A DNA stretch of 43,803 nt from an uncultured Candidatus Peribacteria bacterium. GTDB taxonomy: Bacteria > Patescibacteriota > Gracilibacteria > UBA4473. The notes under the pieces were generated by a model that saw only the letters and a program-made list of their open reading frames with translations, was not told the DNA's origin and did no database searches. The stretch spans positions 1-43,803 of the forward strand of contig CAYVJW010000002.1 of assembly GCA_964451885.1 (NCBI GenBank), written 5' to 3'. Positions 8,158 through 16,639 of this stretch are shown here, one piece after another. Each line of letters opens with the position of its first letter. The stretch's first letter is position 1. A program made the position numbers and the translations under genes.

Positions 8158-9282
8158 ATGCGTTCCCTTTTTACTTCTGAATCCGTCACAGAAGGCCACC
8201 CCGACAAGGTAGCCGATCAAATTTCCGACAGCGTTCTGGATGCTATTTTAAAAGAAGATATTCATGGCCGGGTAGCCTGCGAAGTTTTGGTAAAAACAGG
8301 CTTAGTGGTTATTGCCGGGGAAATCACCACCAAGTGCTATGTAGATATTCCAAAAGTAGCCCGGGCAAAAATTTGTGAGATTGGCTATGACTCGGACGAA
8401 CTAGGATTCGACGGAAAAGCCTGTGCAGTTCTTACTACTATCGACGAGCAATCTCCGGATATTGCTCAAGGAGTGGATGAAAACAAAGGACACAAACAAG
8501 GGGCCGGCGACCAAGGAATGATGTTTGGGTATGCGTCCAATGAAACACCTGAACTCATGCCAATTTCTATCACAATGGCTCATAGCCTCGCAAAGCGTTT
8601 AGCGGAGGTAAGAAAAAAAAGCATTATTCCTTATCTCCGACCGGACGGGAAAACACAGGCCACTTTTGAATATGAAAACGGCAAGCCGATGAGAGCTCAT
8701 ACTTTGTTAATTTCGGCCCAACATGCTCCGGAAGCGGCACGGCCTCAAATTCAAAAAGATATTACGGAACATGTATTAAAGCCGGTCTTGGGCAAGTGGA
8801 TGGATAAAAATACCATTATTCACATAAATCCAACAGGAAGATTTGTGATCGGTGGGCCCAAAGGAGATAGCGGACTTACCGGAAGAAAAACTATAGTTGA
8901 TACATACGGAGGTATGGCCAGGAACGGAGGGGGGTGTTTTTCTGGAAAAGATCCGTCAAAAGTCGATCGTTCAGGCGCTTATATTGCCCGGCATATTGCA
9001 AAAAATTTGGTTGCAAACGAATACAGCACTAAATGCGAAGTGCAGATATCCTATGCTATCGGGATAGCCGAGCCGGTTTCGATTTTTGTGGAAACATTTG
9101 GGACAGGTACGAAAAGCACGAAAGAGCTAGAGAAAATTATTCAAAAAAATTTTCCACTTACTCCAAAAGAGATTATTGAATATTTGGAACTCCTTCGCCC
9201 TATTTATAGTCCATTGGCAGCATACGGTCATTTTGGGAGGTCGGAGTTGGGTTTGCCTTGGGAAAGGGTTGTAAAGATTTGA
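8158..9282 (+). CDS. metK: S-adenosylmethionine synthetase
   Basis: [44 protein letters not shown] motifs. Confidence 0.95.
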   Translation: MRSLFTSESVTEGHPDKVADQISDSVLDAILKEDIHGRVACEVLVKTGLVVIAGEITTKCYVDIPKVARAKICEIGYDSDELGFDGKACAVLTTIDEQSPDIAQGVDENKGHKQGAGDQGMMFGYASNETPELMPISITMAHSLAKRLAEVRKKSIIPYLRPDGKTQATFEYENGKPMRAHTLLISAQHAPEAARPQIQKDITEHVLKPVLGKWMDKNTIIHINPTGRFVIGGPKGDSGLTGRKTIVDTYGGMARNGGGCFSGKDPSKVDRSGAYIARHIAKNLVANEYSTKCEVQISYAIGIAEPVSIFVETFGTGTKSTKELEKIIQKNFPLTPKEIIEYLELLRPIYSPLAAYGHFGRSELGLPWERVVKI

Positions 9283-9344
9283 CAAATCCTTTATCAGAAC
9301 TACAATAATCAAGCTCTGTTTTAACTTCTTAAACATAATTAAAA

Positions 9345-9911
9345 ATAAAAGGTCCATTTCGAGGCAGTCGAAGAAGAGGGTATTTTCAACCTTCCAAAAA
9401 GCTTCATCGCACAAATCATCAAATTAGGGCAATTAAAGTAAGGCTGGTTGATGAAAAAGGAGGGTTGATTGGAATTGTCAGCATTGAGGAGGCGCTTAGT
9501 ATTGCGAAAGAGAAGGAAGTGGATTTAGTAGAAATTTCTCCCAAAGCAGATCCTCCCGTATGCAAAGTGATTGACTACGGAAAAATGATTTACGCTCAGA
9601 AGAAAAGGGAACAGAAAGCCAAAAAATTAAACAAAGCAAGTGAAGTAAAAGGGGTGCGACTAACTTTTCGGATCGGACCGGGAGATTTGGAGCGCCAACA
9701 AAAAACAGCAAAGGACTTTCTTGAAAAAGGGCATCCAATCCGAATTCAGTTAATTATGAAAGGGAGGGAAAAGACACATAAAGACCTGGCATATGATAAA
9801 TTAAATAAATTCATTAATTCTCTAAAAGAAGTAGGCACACTTGATCAACCACCAAGAGGGGCTGGCCATCAAATCATTGCCATGATGAGACCGGGGCAGG
9901 GGGAGAAGTAA
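9345..9911 (+). CDS. infC: translation initiation factor IF-3. The start is non-canonical and uncertain: ATA at 9345 is proposed, while the track ORF begins at TTG 9465.
   Basis: The frame is open back to the stop at 9339-9341 and encodes HQIRAIKVRLVDEKGGLIGIVS, the conserved IF3 N-domain. There is no in-frame ATG, GTG or TTG upstream of 9465. Confidence 0.8.
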   Translation: MKGPFRGSRRRGYFQPSKKLHRTNHQIRAIKVRLVDEKGGLIGIVSIEEALSIAKEKEVDLVEISPKADPPVCKVIDYGKMIYAQKKREQKAKKLNKASEVKGVRLTFRIGPGDLERQQKTAKDFLEKGHPIRIQLIMKGREKTHKDLAYDKLNKFINSLKEVGTLDQPPRGAGHQIIAMMRPGQGEK

Positions 9912-9970
9912 CAACATATAGTAGCAAGGAAAAATACATTAATACTAAAATACTTAATACGAATAATTAG

Positions 9971-10162
9971 ATGAAGCAAAAGACTCATTCCGGCGCCAAA
10001 AAACGAACCAAGATTACAGGAACCGGAAAAGTGATGTTTCAGAAGGCTTGTAAAAATCATCTTCTCAGTTCGAAATCGAAGCGGCAGAAAAAATCGTGCC
10101 GATTAGGAGCTCCTGCTCCAGAAGGCTTAAAAAAAACACTCTCAAGACTTCTTAAAATATAG
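9971..10162 (+). CDS. rpmI: 50S ribosomal protein L35
   Basis: [21 protein letters not shown] is a typical L35 N-terminus. It sits in the infC-rpmI-rplT context. Confidence 0.9.
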   Translation: MKQKTHSGAKKRTKITGTGKVMFQKACKNHLLSSKSKRQKKSCRLGAPAPEGLKKTLSRLLKI

Positions 10163-10206
10163 AACTGAGTTTGTAGATGGTAGAACTTAGAAGAATACAG
10201 AATCTT

Positions 10207-10241
10207 TTCTAAGTTCTAAGCTCTAAGTTCTAAGCTCTAAT
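10207..10241 (+). repeat. tandem heptamer array (ttctaag, ttctaag, ctctaag, ttctaag, ctctaat) in the rplT leader
   Basis: Read directly. 10182-10192 (agaacttagaa) is the perfect complement of 10207-10217. Confidence 0.85.
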
Positions 10242-10251
10242 CCCCATTATC

Positions 10252-10611
10252 ATGACACGAGTTACAGGCGGATCTGCGGCCCACATGCGGCATAAAAAAG
10301 TCCGAAAAGCCACCAAAGGTTATCGAGGAAAAAGGCATTCAACTTTTCGGCTTGGAATGCAAGCGATGCTGAAAGCAGGGATTAATGCTTATGTCGGAAG
10401 AAAACAGAAAAAAAGAGATTTCCGTCGGTTGTGGATAGCAAGAATCTCAGCGGCAATTAGGCAACAGGAAGGATTTAGGTATTCCGAAATTAAAAATTTA
10501 TGGCTTCATGCCAAAATGGAAATTGACCGAAAAAGCCTCTCAGAACTAGCCGTGAATTATCCGAAAGTGTTTGAGAAAGTGTTGGAAATAGCGAAGAAGA
10601 CGAAGAAGTAA
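10252..10611 (+). CDS. rplT: 50S ribosomal protein L20
   Basis: MTRVTGGSAAHMRHKKVRKATKGYRGKR is a typical L20 N-terminus. Confidence 0.95.
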   Translation: MTRVTGGSAAHMRHKKVRKATKGYRGKRHSTFRLGMQAMLKAGINAYVGRKQKKRDFRRLWIARISAAIRQQEGFRYSEIKNLWLHAKMEIDRKSLSELAVNYPKVFEKVLEIAKKTKK

Positions 10612-10635
10612 CTTATTACCTCTAGAGAATTTTGT

Positions 10636-10720
10636 GCTGGAGCACCCTTGCAGGGTGGTCATTTTGTTCAGTTGTGCACAATACAAAATATTTCGGACCA
10701 GCCTACAAGGCTGCTCCAGC
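10636..10720. repeat. REPIN-like palindromic element: two inverted 25-nt G+C-rich arms, each with its own 6-bp hairpin. It is flanked by the 10-bp direct repeat tagagaattt.
   Basis: Arms at 10636-10660 and 10696-20 pair at 22 of 25 positions. Arm hairpins are caccct-tgc-agggtg and cagcct-aca-aggctg. Direct repeats lie at 10623-10632 and 10721-10730. The element sits between the convergent genes rplT and rpsI. Confidence 0.6.
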
Positions 10721-10746
10721 TAGAGAATTTCCGTGTCGGAAATTTC

Positions 10747-11151
10747 CTATCTCTTTGCCCACTGAGGAGCCCTCCTCGCTCTCTTGAGCCCTGGTTTTTT
10801 TCGCTCTTTTTCCCTTGAATCACGAGTGAGTAAGCCATGTTCTTTTAGTTGTGTTCTGGAATTCATGTCTTTTTTTACCAAAACCCTGGAAATTCCCAGG
10901 GCAATTGCATCGGCCTGGGCTCTTTTTCCTCCCCCCGAGACTCGAATCATTAAATCAACATTCTTTTTTTCCGCTAATATCTCAAGAGGACGTAAAACAG
11001 TATAAACCATTTCCTCAGTATCCGCCCAAGATAACAAAGGAGTTTCATTTATGGATACATCACCGCTTCCACTGGGGAACAGCCGAATAGTGGCCCGTGA
11101 AGTCTTTCGTTTGCCGTTAGCGTAGAAGTAGGAACGGTTAGAAGTTGTCAT
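10747..11151 (-). CDS. rpsI: 30S ribosomal protein S9
   Basis: GGGKRAQADAIALGISRVL and a basic C-terminal tail ending in KR. Confidence 0.95.
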   Translation of the reverse strand: MTTSNRSYFYANGKRKTSRATIRLFPSGSGDVSINETPLLSWADTEEMVYTVLRPLEILAEKKNVDLMIRVSGGGKRAQADAIALGISRVLVKKDMNSRTQLKEHGLLTRDSREKERKKPGLKRARRAPQWAKR

Positions 11152-11196
11152 TAATTAAAAATTTAGAAATTTAATATCTGAATTTAATAAATTATT

Positions 11197-11631
11197 TTAT
11201 ATCACACTAAGCGATTCCGGCTTCTGCGCCTCATACGGATTCCCACTTCCTTCTACCAAAAACAGTCGCCGCAACTGTGATTTTCTATGCTTATTTTTAG
11301 GAAGCATTCCGGATACGGCTTTCCTCAGAATAAAAGTCGGATTTTTTTCTCGAACATCCTTGAGAGTACTAACTTTCAAGTGGCCAAGATATCCTGAATG
11401 GCGGTAGTATTTTTTTTGTTCTTCTTTCTTTCCTGAAACATGTATTTTTTCTGCATTCAGCACTACCACATAATCTCCTCCGTCTACATGAGGAGTTAAA
11501 TTTGTCTTCACTTTACCCCGGAGCACATTGACAACAGCAACTGCCAATTTCCCCAAAGTCTTATCGGCTGCATCAATCACAAACCACTTTCTATCCGAAC
11601 TTTTTACATTTTGGCGTAGAGTCGTTTTCAT
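11197..11631 (-). CDS. rplM: 50S ribosomal protein L13
   Basis: RKWFVIDAADKTLGKLA and VVLNAEKI motifs. ATGA start/stop overlap with rplQ. Confidence 0.95.
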   Translation of the reverse strand: MKTTLRQNVKSSDRKWFVIDAADKTLGKLAVAVVNVLRGKVKTNLTPHVDGGDYVVVLNAEKIHVSGKKEEQKKYYRHSGYLGHLKVSTLKDVREKNPTFILRKAVSGMLPKNKHRKSQLRRLFLVEGSGNPYEAQKPESLSVI

Positions 11632-11984
11632 TTGACATTAATTAATTCAATCTGAACAAGCGGAGCATTATCCCCTGGCCGCACCCCAACCCGAACCAGT
11701 CGAGTAAACCCGGAATTATTTTTCTGCTGGAGACTATAATCAAGCGCTCTTTTTGAAGCATCTTTTGTGAAAATTACTTTTTGCAGTTCCCGAACAGCAT
11801 TCATATTGTCTTTTGATTTCACCAGAGAGACTAGTTTATCCACAGCAAGAGCCAAAGCCTTCGCCTTAATTTCTGTTGTCTGAAGTTTTCCGTTAAGAAA
11901 AAGAGAAGTTAAAAGGTTTCGAACAAGCGCTTTCCGGTGGCTTGCCGGTCGATTAAGTCGAAATCCGGTTTTACGATGGCGCAT
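11628..11984 (-). CDS. rplQ: 50S ribosomal protein L17
   Basis: MRHRKTGFRLNRPASHRKALVRNL is a typical L17 N-terminus. Confidence 0.95.
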   Translation of the reverse strand: MRHRKTGFRLNRPASHRKALVRNLLTSLFLNGKLQTTEIKAKALALAVDKLVSLVKSKDNMNAVRELQKVIFTKDASKRALDYSLQQKNNSGFTRLVRVGVRPGDNAPLVQIELINVK

Positions 11985-12031
11985 ATCTTTAGAGTTTAGA
12001 ACTAAGGGGAATGTTTTTTATCTTTTACTGC

Positions 12032-13039
12032 CTACAAAACAGAAGGATTAGGTGAATGAGGAGGTAAGTTATATCCTCTTTCAGCAAGGATTTGCTCAAG
12101 CTCGGTTTTTGCTTTTTGGCCGAATCCTCTTAGTTGAGTTAATTGTGACATAGAAGTTTGCAAGAGTTGCTCAACAGAAGTAATTTTTCCGTTCACTAAG
12201 GCATTTAATGTTCTTTGAGAAAGTCCCAGTATATCGATCGGTGTAAATGGCTCATCAACAGCCGCAACGGCTGCCAATTGTTGTTCTTCTTCTTTTTTCT
12301 TCATAAGGTCGAAGCTAATAGTGAAATCACCGTCTGTATAAGCATCTTCCTTATTAAAAAGAGAAAAATAACTTTCAAGGATGTTTGCCGCTAATTTTAA
12401 AGCTTCCTCCGGATCGATTGCTCCATTTGTTTCAATCTGCATTTCCAACTGATCTAAATCAATCTGTTCTCCTACTCGTGCAGGTACAACCTCATACTTT
12501 ACACGCACGACAGGAGAGAAATTAGCATCAATAAGCATATAGCTGGGATCGTCTTCTTTTACCTGATCTTCATTGGAAACAACCCGGAATCCTATATTTT
12601 TTTCTATTCGCAAATATAACTTTTTCTTAGAATTAGCATCACCGCAAGTAGCGATAATTTGAGAAGGGTCAAGAATTTCAATATCTCCGGAAATATTTAA
12701 ATCCTTTGCGGTTATTTTTCCGTTTTTTACTAGTTGAAAAGTTATTTCCTCTACTCCTTTTGAATGTTTTTTAAGGCGCAGTTTTCGAAGATTAAGAATA
12801 ATATCAAGCACTGATTCTTTTATTCCCGGAATAGTAGAGTATTCATGAGTCCCTTCTTCTATTTTTATCCCGACAACAGCTGTTCCCGGCAGACTTGACA
12901 ATAAAACCCGACGTAAAGCATTTCCAATAGTCATTCCATACCCGGAAGGAAGTGGATTGATAACCAACTTTACAGAATTTTTTCCCAGCGATTCTATTTT
13001 CAACCGGGGAACACCGATGGTTTCATGGAGAATGTGCAT
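12032..13039 (-). CDS. rpoA: DNA-directed RNA polymerase alpha subunit
   Basis: GNALRRVLLSSLPG motif. C-terminal helix-hairpin-helix LGLSQRTLNAL. Position between rpsD and rplQ. Confidence 0.95.
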   Translation of the reverse strand: MHILHETIGVPRLKIESLGKNSVKLVINPLPSGYGMTIGNALRRVLLSSLPGTAVVGIKIEEGTHEYSTIPGIKESVLDIILNLRKLRLKKHSKGVEEITFQLVKNGKITAKDLNISGDIEILDPSQIIATCGDANSKKKLYLRIEKNIGFRVVSNEDQVKEDDPSYMLIDANFSPVVRVKYEVVPARVGEQIDLDQLEMQIETNGAIDPEEALKLAANILESYFSLFNKEDAYTDGDFTISFDLMKKKEEEQQLAAVAAVDEPFTPIDILGLSQRTLNALVNGKITSVEQLLQTSMSQLTQLRGFGQKAKTELEQILAERGYNLPPHSPNPSVL

Positions 13040-13070
13040 GGAGGAGAATGATTAATGAATAATAAGTGTA

Positions 13071-13688
13071 TTATCTGGAGTAAAATTCTACAATTAAGCG
13101 GGACTCGACAATGCTTTCAAAATGATCAGGGGAAGGAAGCTCTTGTACTTCAACTTCAAGTTTTTTGACATCTGCTTTTAACCAGGAAGGTGTATCAAAG
13201 TCAGCTCCTAACTCTTCCCTGTTTCTCTTGAAAACGGGTGAAGATTTCTTATTTTCTTTTATTATGATTTTATCTCCCGGCCGGAGTTGTATAGATGGTA
13301 CATTTACAGGCTGGCCGTTCAAACAAAACAAGCCATGTGAAACAAATTGGCGTGCCTGCATTCTCGTAAGAGCCAGGCCGGAGCGATAAATCACATTATC
13401 CAAACGCCTTTCTAAAAATTGAAATAACATATCTCCGGTAACTCCTTTTGCCCTAACAGCTTGATCAAAATATTTTCGAAACTGCTTTTCAGACAAGCAA
13501 AACATGCGTTTAGCCTTTTGCTTTTCCCGAAGCTGTTTGCCATATTCAGTTGCTTTAACAGCTCTTTTGCCGCCATGCATCCCCGGGACATTTTGGCTGC
13601 GCTGTAAAATCTTTTGGTATTTAGGAGAACCAAAGAGATTAACTCCCTCTCTTCTACATAAACGTGCTTTTGGACCTTTATAGCGCAT
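13071..13688 (-). CDS. rpsD: 30S ribosomal protein S4
   Basis: MRYKGPKARLCRREG N-terminus and the S4 RNA-binding domain RLDNVIYRSGLALTRMQARQFVSHG. Confidence 0.95.
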   Translation of the reverse strand: MRYKGPKARLCRREGVNLFGSPKYQKILQRSQNVPGMHGGKRAVKATEYGKQLREKQKAKRMFCLSEKQFRKYFDQAVRAKGVTGDMLFQFLERRLDNVIYRSGLALTRMQARQFVSHGLFCLNGQPVNVPSIQLRPGDKIIIKENKKSSPVFKRNREELGADFDTPSWLKADVKKLEVEVQELPSPDHFESIVESRLIVEFYSR

Positions 13689-13754
13689 AATGGATTTATA
13701 ATTATTTTAATAAATTATGTCTGATTTCCCCTTTTGTTTTAAGTGTTATGTTTA

Positions 13755-14129
13755 TTAGGTTTTTCGTACTTTCTTAGGGCGACAGCCTCCGTGAGGCAGG
13801 CGGGTGCGTTCTGTAATAGAAGAAATTTCAAGGCCACCGTTTAAAAGCCCTCGAATTGTCTGATCTCTTCCCGGCCCCATGCCCTTGACGAAAACATCAA
13901 CCGACTTCATCCCAAAACTCGCGGCTTTCTCGGCAACTGCCTCAGCAGAAATCTGGCCAGCATATGGAGTCGCTTGCCTGGCCCCTTTAAACCGATTAGC
14001 CCCGGGAGAGCTCCATCCCACAACATTTCCTTCCGGATCTGCTAAAGTTACAATTGTATTATTGTACTTAGCACAAACATATACCCGGCCGGTTTCAAAT
14101 GATTTTCTAACACGTTTATTAGTAGCCAT
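13755..14129 (-). CDS. rpsK: 30S ribosomal protein S11
   Basis: NNTIVTLADPEGNVVGWSS and GPGRDQTIRGL motifs. Confidence 0.95.
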   Translation of the reverse strand: MATNKRVRKSFETGRVYVCAKYNNTIVTLADPEGNVVGWSSPGANRFKGARQATPYAGQISAEAVAEKAASFGMKSVDVFVKGMGPGRDQTIRGLLNGGLEISSITERTRLPHGGCRPKKVRKT

Positions 14130-14210
14130 TGAGATTTAGAACTTAGTTATTAGAGCTTATGAAGACACGGTCTGTAGACTGTGCTTTCCGATTTTTTATT
14201 ATTAAATTTA

Positions 14211-14582
14211 TTATTTAGTTACCTTCTTTTTATTTGCAATAACAGTCTTTTTTCCTCGTTTTGTACGGGCATTGGTTTTTGTATGTTGTCCGCGGACAGG
14301 AAGCTTCCTGCGATGGCGATAGCCTCTGTATGACCCTATTTCTTGAAGCTGGCGAACACTTTGGGATACCTTGCGTCGCAAATCCGACTCCAGAACATAT
14401 TTTGTTAATACGGCTCTTAACACTTCTTCCTGCTCAGGAGTTAGATCTTTTATTCGCACGGATTCATCCATTTTAGCCTTTTTACAGACAACTTTAGCGC
14501 GAGCACTTCCCACCCCGTAAATGTATTGAAGGGAAACGACAAGGCGTTTATCAGAAGGAATCGTAATTCCGGAAACCCGCAT
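14211..14582 (-). CDS. rpsM: 30S ribosomal protein S13. Start placed at the internal ATG at 14582.
   Basis: MRVSGITIPSDKRLVVSLQYIYGVG is the canonical S13 N-terminus. The upstream 24 codons of the track ORF translate the heptamer array. Confidence 0.93.
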   Translation of the reverse strand: MRVSGITIPSDKRLVVSLQYIYGVGSARAKVVCKKAKMDESVRIKDLTPEQEEVLRAVLTKYVLESDLRRKVSQSVRQLQEIGSYRGYRHRRKLPVRGQHTKTNARTKRGKKTVIANKKKVTK

Positions 14583-14617
14583 TTGGATGTTGGATGTTAG
14601 ATGATAAATGTTGGATT
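14583..14617. repeat. tandem heptamer array (ttggatg, ttggatg, ttagatg, ataaatg, ttggatt) abutting the rpsM start
   Basis: Read directly. In mRNA sense the leader reads aatccaa catttat catctaa catccaa catccaa ATG and contains no G. Confidence 0.85.
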
Positions 14618-14673
14618 TAAAACTTAATTTTTTTATTGTTTTTCTCCTGTGCATCTTGACTCTTGCCCCTTGA

Positions 14674-14799
14674 CTACCCTTGTCTCTGTTTATGCTTTCC
14701 TCGCGTAGCGGGGTTCGTGCAGATTACGCGCACCACCCCCTTGCGCCTTATTATCCGGCAATCTCTACAGAAAAGTTTCACAGAAGCCCTCACTTTCAT
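14674..14799 (-). CDS. rpmJ: 50S ribosomal protein L36 (41 aa; below the ORF-track length cutoff)
   Basis: Hand translation gives [41 protein letters not shown]. It lies between infA and rpsM, as in the canonical operon. Confidence 0.9.
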   Translation of the reverse strand: MKVRASVKLFCRDCRIIRRKGVVRVICTNPATRGKHKQRQG

Positions 14800-14830
14800 T
14801 GTTATTTGATTAATATTTTCCTCCACTTGC

Positions 14831-15061
14831 CTACTTGTAACGGTAGGTAATGCGTCCTTCTTCTAAATTGTAAGGAGAAAGCATTAGTCGGACACGATCC
14901 CCCGGGACAATTTTGATAAAATGGACGCGCATCTTCCCTGACACTCGAGCTCTTACCTGATGTTCCTCAAATCCCTCTGTTGTCAGAGTGACCAGAAACT
15001 GAGATCCGGGAAGCAGCTCAATTACTACTCCCTCTATTTCGAAGTTTTCATCATTTGCCAT
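14831..15061 (-). CDS. infA: translation initiation factor IF-1
   Basis: S1-like fold signature [16 protein letters not shown]...[15 protein letters not shown]. Confidence 0.95.
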   Translation of the reverse strand: MANDENFEIEGVVIELLPGSQFLVTLTTEGFEEHQVRARVSGKMRVHFIKIVPGDRVRLMLSPYNLEEGRITYRYK

Positions 15062-15173
15062 AAATCACTTTAAAAAGCCGATGAATTATAAAAAACAATT
15101 CACGCTTGTCAACTTTTTACAAAAAAAGTAAGATAGAACGAGAATAAATTCTCAACTCATATACATTTTATTC

Positions 15174-16610
15174 ATGACCATGAAAATTGCAACATCTTCT
15201 AATCCCGCAAAAACAGAGGCTCTTTTTGTTTTTCTTCCACAAAAAAACTGGAAAAAACAGTTCATAGCCCTAGATAAAAAATTGGAAAAAGAAATTACAA
15301 AACGTTTTTCAGATAAAGATTTTAAAGGAGAATTAGGGGAAATATTGCAGCTATTCTCCCCTCTTGCAGCTTCAAAAAAAATATTTCTAGTGGGGAGTGG
15401 GAAATTAAAAGAAAAAATAGACATGCGAAAGGTAGCTGGTTTAGCCATTCGGAAAGCTAAAAAACTTAAAATTTCACAAGTTGCTTTTCTTATTCCGGAA
15501 AGTTTTTGTGTGAAGAGAATTATTTCGGGAGCGATATTGGGCGATTATGAATTCAAAATAGGAGACAGAAGTAAACAATTTTCTCCCAAAAAACTGGAAA
15601 TCATTACAAACCAAGAAATATCGAAAGAAGACTTGCAATCAGAAATTGCTTTGGGAGAAAGCACGAATCTTACCCGAGACCTCATAAACCTCCCTCCCAA
15701 CAAAATGACGCCGAAACTTTTGAGAAAAAAGGCAGAAAAGGAACTTGGAAAGGAAGTAGCGATAGAATCCTATAATAAACAGGATGTCCAAAAATTGAAA
15801 ATGGGAGCCTTGTATGGAGTAGGACAGGGATCTGAAGAAGGGGCGGAATTGATTGTTTTAAAATATAAGGGAGGCAGAAAAGAAGAAAAGCCGCTGGCTA
15901 TTGTCGGGAAAGGAGTGTGTTTTGATTCCGGTGGCTATAACCTGAAACCCACCAACCATATCGAGGACATGAAATCTGACATGTCCGGAGCCGCCACGGT
16001 ACTTGGGATTTTTAAATGGATTGCGGCAACGAAGCCCAAAAAAAACATTGTCGGGGTGATAGGGGCTGTTGAGAATTTGGTATCAGGGAACGCTTTCAAG
16101 CCGGGAGATATCTTGACCGCAATGAACGGCCAAACTATTGAAATCACAAATACAGATGCGGAAGGACGATTGGTATTAGCTGACTGCCTTTATTATACCG
16201 CCACAAAATTAAACCCGGTGGAAATTATTGATATAGCGACATTGACCGGGGCATGCATTGCAGCGTTGGGTATGAAAATTTCAGCGGTAATGGGAAATAA
16301 TAAAAAATTGATTGAGAGAGTAAAAAAAGCAGCTCTGGCGGCAGATGAAAATGTATGGGAATTGCCTGTTAACGATTTTTTCCGGGAAAAGACAAAAGGG
16401 GACATTTCCGACCTGGTAAACTGGACAGCGGGAGTTTCAGCCGGCTCTTCTATGGGGGGGGCGTTTCTGGAAAAGTTTGTGGAAAAAGTTCCCTGGATTC
16501 ATCTGGACGTAGCCGGTACGGCATTTCATGCCAAAGCAGAGGATGAACTATCGCCCAAGGGGGCTACGGGGGTGATGGTGAGGACGCTAAAACGACTTAT
16601 TGAAGAGTGA
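15174..16610 (+). CDS. pepA: leucyl aminopeptidase (M17 family)
   Basis: VGKGVCFDSGGYNLKP, NTDAEGRLVLAD and ATLTGAC motifs. Confidence 0.9.
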   Translation: MTMKIATSSNPAKTEALFVFLPQKNWKKQFIALDKKLEKEITKRFSDKDFKGELGEILQLFSPLAASKKIFLVGSGKLKEKIDMRKVAGLAIRKAKKLKISQVAFLIPESFCVKRIISGAILGDYEFKIGDRSKQFSPKKLEIITNQEISKEDLQSEIALGESTNLTRDLINLPPNKMTPKLLRKKAEKELGKEVAIESYNKQDVQKLKMGALYGVGQGSEEGAELIVLKYKGGRKEEKPLAIVGKGVCFDSGGYNLKPTNHIEDMKSDMSGAATVLGIFKWIAATKPKKNIVGVIGAVENLVSGNAFKPGDILTAMNGQTIEITNTDAEGRLVLADCLYYTATKLNPVEIIDIATLTGACIAALGMKISAVMGNNKKLIERVKKAALAADENVWELPVNDFFREKTKGDISDLVNWTAGVSAGSSMGGAFLEKFVEKVPWIHLDVAGTAFHAKAEDELSPKGATGVMVRTLKRLIEE

Positions 16611-16639
16611 GAATATCAAACCCCTTATTTACAGCACAT

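Noticed and set aside
10207-10241. CRISPR array, considered for the tandem word arrays here and at 14583, 17387 and 32575
   Set aside because: The units are 7-9 nt and directly abutting, with no spacers. The arrays total 35-45 nt. No cas genes are present.
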